50,812 bases of DNA, taken from positions 1-50,812 of the forward strand of contig DAHVNA010000013.1 in assembly GCA_027319565.1 (NCBI GenBank). The letters are read 5' to 3'. Shown one piece after another: positions 48,102 to 50,812 of this stretch; position 1 is the first letter of the stretch, and the number at the start of each line of letters is the position of its first letter. Source of the DNA: Elusimicrobiota bacterium. GTDB taxonomy: Bacteria; Elusimicrobiota; Elusimicrobia; UBA1565; UBA9628. The notes under the pieces are model-generated. The model was not told the origin of the DNA. It ran no database searches and saw only the letters and a list, made by a program, of their open reading frames with translations. Position numbers and translations under genes: made by a program.

Positions 48102-49150
48102 GAATTCTCAAAAAAATTCATCGGCGGTTCAAAACCTTGGCTCCTTAATTGATCGTAAAATTTGGGTCTTAGGCCCGTGCCTTTAAGCGACACAGACATC
48201 CCCTCCGACGATTTTCGGATATCGGCTGAAAAAAGTTCCGATAGGGTGATATTGTCTAATTCCATTCCGGTCACTTCAACGACAGAAATAACCCGCCGTT
48301 TTCCATCCGCCAAACGCGCCATGAAGACAATCAAATCAAGCGCGGTCGAAATTTGAGAGCGAACCGCCTTGATCGGCATATCGATTCCCGACATTAAAAC
48401 CAAGGTCTCGAGTCTTGATAAGACCTCGCGGGAAGAACTGGCATGAAGCGTACTTAAGAGTCCATCTTGTCCCACATTCATGGCTCCCAACATATCGGCC
48501 GCTTCCGGTCCTCTGCATTCCCCGACGATCAGGCGGTCGGGGCGCATCCGAAGCGTGTTGATGACGAGCTCTCTGAGCGTAATATCAGGAAGCCCGCCTT
48601 GATCGGCAATCCGCGTCCTTAAATACATCACATGCGGCTGGGGCAAGGTGAGTTCCGGAGTATCCTCAAGCACCAAAATTCGCTCTTGCATTTGGCAATG
48701 CGCCGCCAAGGCGTTGAGCAAGGTTGTTTTTCCGGAACTGGTCCCCCCGCAGATCATGATATTTTTCTTTAATTGAACAGCATAGACAAGAAAATTCGCG
48801 CAGGCGGGGCTTAAGGTTTGGAGTTGGACCATCTCTTCAATTGAAGGACGTTTCTGAGGGCGCTTGCGAACCGTCAAAGCGAGAGATTTAACAATCGGAT
48901 AGCCGATTGCGTGTATTCGAGAACCGTCAACGCCGAGTAAATCCGCATAAGGCCTTTGAGGAGTCAGGGTTACCGTCCCGGCTATGGATTTTAAAACCTC
49001 TTGACGTTCCGGATTTCCGATAACCAGAGAAGTTTTTTCGACAAAAGAAAGTCCTGAACGTTCGATGTAAACCGCTCCATCTTCATTGACCATCACCTCG
49101 ATGACGGCGCTATTATTCATCAATTTTAGAAATTCTTCCACCATATTCAT
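48098..49150 (-). CDS. CpaF/TadA (VirB11-family) ATPase
   Basis: EVMVN, GGTSSGKTTLLNAL, EDTPEL, LRMRPDRLIVGECRG.EA, STLHA. Confidence 0.9.
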   Translation of the reverse strand: MNMVEEFLKLMNNSAVIEVMVNEDGAVYIERSGLSFVEKTSLVIGNPERQEVLKSIAGTVTLTPQRPYADLLGVDGSRIHAIGYPIVKSLALTVRKRPQKRPSIEEMVQLQTLSPACANFLVYAVQLKKNIMICGGTSSGKTTLLNALAAHCQMQERILVLEDTPELTLPQPHVMYLRTRIADQGGLPDITLRELVINTLRMRPDRLIVGECRGPEAADMLGAMNVGQDGLLSTLHASSSREVLSRLETLVLMSGIDMPIKAVRSQISTALDLIVFMARLADGKRRVISVVEVTGMELDNITLSELFSADIRKSSEGMSVSLKGTGLRPKFYDQLRSQGFEPPMNFFENS

Positions 49151-49203
49151 TCCCTAATCCTATCACATTCCGCATAAATTCAATCTCTCCGTTTAAATTC
49201 AGT

Positions 49204-49232
49204 TTGACTCTCGTCGAGAAATGAGCTAAGAT
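49204..49232 (+). promoter_or_regulatory. Sigma70-type promoter upstream of dnaA
   Basis: TTGACT-N17-TAAGAT. Confidence 0.6.
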
Positions 49233-49239
49233 AAAGATA

Positions 49240-49275
49240 AGGAATGCGCCTCATGTTCGCATTCCTGTTTCTTTT
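49240..49275 (+). terminator. Terminator-like hairpin in dnaA upstream region
   Basis: 9-bp stem AGGAATGCG/CGCATTCCT followed by GTTTCTTTT. Confidence 0.5.
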
Positions 49276-49299
49276 ATATCAGATGAATTAATTTGCCGT

Positions 49300-49404
49300 G
49301 GGGGCCGTTTTTGACTAAATTTTTGACTAAAAAACGCTTATTTTTAAAATATAATTTAAAAAATATCCCTACAAATTCACATAGGTGGAAAACCTGTGGA
49401 TAAC
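49300..49404. other. Probable oriC (upstream part)
   Basis: Tandem TTTTTGACTAAA x2 (49308-49331), AT-rich tract ~49330-49365, degenerate box GGTGGAAAA (49384-92) and perfect DnaA box TGTGGATAA (49395-49403). Confidence 0.65.
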
Positions 49405-50763
49405 TTGCAAATAACCGCTCTATGGTCAAAAACCATCAATGAACTCCGCGGGGAAATTGGGGATGAACAAGCGGACTTGTGGCTCCAACCCATTGAATCA
49501 ATTCATTTAGATCACGGGGTTTTGCGCCTTAAGGTCCCCAATAAATATTTTTCCGACTGGATCAAAAAAAATTATCAGAAAAAAATTTTAGATCATTTGA
49601 AAAAAAATCTGGAATCGGTGTCTACCATCGATTATGATTACGATCTGGCCAAGGATATTAAAAACGGTATTCTTGAACCCGATCCTATTTCCGAGCCAAG
49701 CCCTCAGTATGATTTTAGAGCCAGCGACTTAAATCCTAAATATACTTTTTCGACTTTTGTCGTTGGGGCTTCCAACCGTTTTGCCCATGCGACAGCCGAA
49801 TCCATCGTCAAAAAACTGGGGACTCAGTATAATCCCTTCGTGATCTATGGCGGCGTAGGGCTTGGAAAAACTCATCTCATGCACGCGATAGGGCACGCCG
49901 TGAGAAAAGAAAATCCATCCGCCCGCGTTCTCTACACCACTTCCGAACAATTTGTCAACGAGTATGTGGAATGTATCCGCCACAACACGACCGAGAATTT
50001 CCGCAACAAATATCGGAGTTTAGATTGTCTCTTAATGGACGATTTGCAATTTTTAATCGCTAAAGAAAGAAGCGAAGAGGAGTTTTTTCACACCTTTAAC
50101 GCCCTTTTTAACGCGCATAAGCAATTGGTAATATCATCGGACCGCTCTCCCAAAGAAATGACCCCCTATGAAAAGCGCCTGATTTCAAGGCTTGAATGGG
50201 GGGTTATCGCCGATATCAAGATTCCGGATATAGAAACCCGAATCGCCATTTTAAGGAAAAAAGCTGAGCTTGAAGGCTTTTTTGTCCCGGATGACGTGAT
50301 TTTATTTCTCTCCAGCTCCATTAAAACCAATGTTCGCGCTTTGGAAGGAGCCTTAATTCGCCTTAAAGCTTTTTCTTTGGCGACAGGGAACCCCCTCTCG
50401 ATTGATTATGCGAAAGAAATTTTAAAAGATTCAATCGCCAATGAAAATTCGTATTCTATATCCGTTGAGACAATTCAAAGGGTTGTCGCTTATAAATATT
50501 CGGTCGATGTTAAAGATTTAAAAGGGAGTCACCGTTACGCTTCTATTTCCATTCCCAGACAGGTCGCCATGTATTTGTGCTGCGCGATGACCGATATGTC
50601 CCTAAAAGATATCGGGCGAGCGTTTGGGGGAAAAGACCATACGACTGTCCTCCACGCGCGGGATAAAATCAGGAAAAAAGTCGAAGAAGACCCTTTTTTC
50701 CTGGAAATGATCAATAAACTTCAGTCTGATATCAAAATGGTTGAAGATAAAAAATTTGAGTGA
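49396..50763 (+). CDS. dnaA: Chromosomal replication initiator DnaA
   Basis: LNPKYTF..FVVG.SN, YNP..IYGGVGLGKTHL, LLMDDLQF, EEFFHTFN, RL.SRLEWG, RQVAMYL, GGKDHTTVLHA. Confidence 0.98.
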   Translation: MDNLQITALWSKTINELRGEIGDEQADLWLQPIESIHLDHGVLRLKVPNKYFSDWIKKNYQKKILDHLKKNLESVSTIDYDYDLAKDIKNGILEPDPISEPSPQYDFRASDLNPKYTFSTFVVGASNRFAHATAESIVKKLGTQYNPFVIYGGVGLGKTHLMHAIGHAVRKENPSARVLYTTSEQFVNEYVECIRHNTTENFRNKYRSLDCLLMDDLQFLIAKERSEEEFFHTFNALFNAHKQLVISSDRSPKEMTPYEKRLISRLEWGVIADIKIPDIETRIAILRKKAELEGFFVPDDVILFLSSSIKTNVRALEGALIRLKAFSLATGNPLSIDYAKEILKDSIANENSYSISVETIQRVVAYKYSVDVKDLKGSHRYASISIPRQVAMYLCCAMTDMSLKDIGRAFGGKDHTTVLHARDKIRKKVEEDPFFLEMINKLQSDIKMVEDKKFE

Positions 50764-50769
50764 TAAAGA

Positions 50770-50778
50770 TGGGGATAA
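50770..50778. promoter_or_regulatory. DnaA box-like site downstream of dnaA
   Basis: TGGGGATAA, one mismatch from TGTGGATAA, in an AT-rich intergenic start. Confidence 0.5.
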
Positions 50779-50812
50779 AAAGATTAAACCTTAAAAAATT
50801 TGTTTACAAAAA

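Noticed and set aside
48098..49150. Conjugative element (VirB11) or mobile island
   Set aside because: No VirB4, relaxase, coupling protein, integrase or att sites; motifs fit CpaF/TadA.

Overview
Gene-dense bacterial chromosomal segment (genetic code 11, diderm gene content) that ends at dnaA and a probable oriC. My impression is an Elusimicrobiota-like lineage, which I cannot verify. Most of it is housekeeping: partial proline dehydrogenase, ABC-F, DEAD-box helicase, citrate synthase, asd, parAB, ddl, hpt-ftsH, uvrB-nadC-birA, hemE-hemY, rlmN, tldD, folE, acyl-CoA DH/hbd, recG, rpmB, rel, pyk, cutA, maf and dnaA. I saw no rRNA, tRNA, CRISPR array, prophage or transposase. The best candidate for an undescribed system is an ECF-sigma envelope module (Cys-repeat secreted protein, sigma, zinc anti-sigma, LTXXQ protein, TolC-MacA-MacB). 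In it, the motif CGACACTTT-N14-CGTCTAA occurs twice: once ahead of the operon and once over the sigma stop codon. The sigma gene also appears to start at a non-canonical ATC. Other points of interest: variant parS-like palindromes (GTTTTCACGTGAAAA-type); many apparently leaderless genes; a Tim44x2/zinc-ribbon/TerB plus SPFH operon; a CNNM-CBS-PTS EIIA fusion; a C-terminally truncated Rel; an orphan CpaF-histidine kinase pair next to oriC; recG and rpmB back-to-back with zero gap; and a secreted-protein ORF split by one in-frame TGA. Family calls rest on motif recognition only; no database searches were run.
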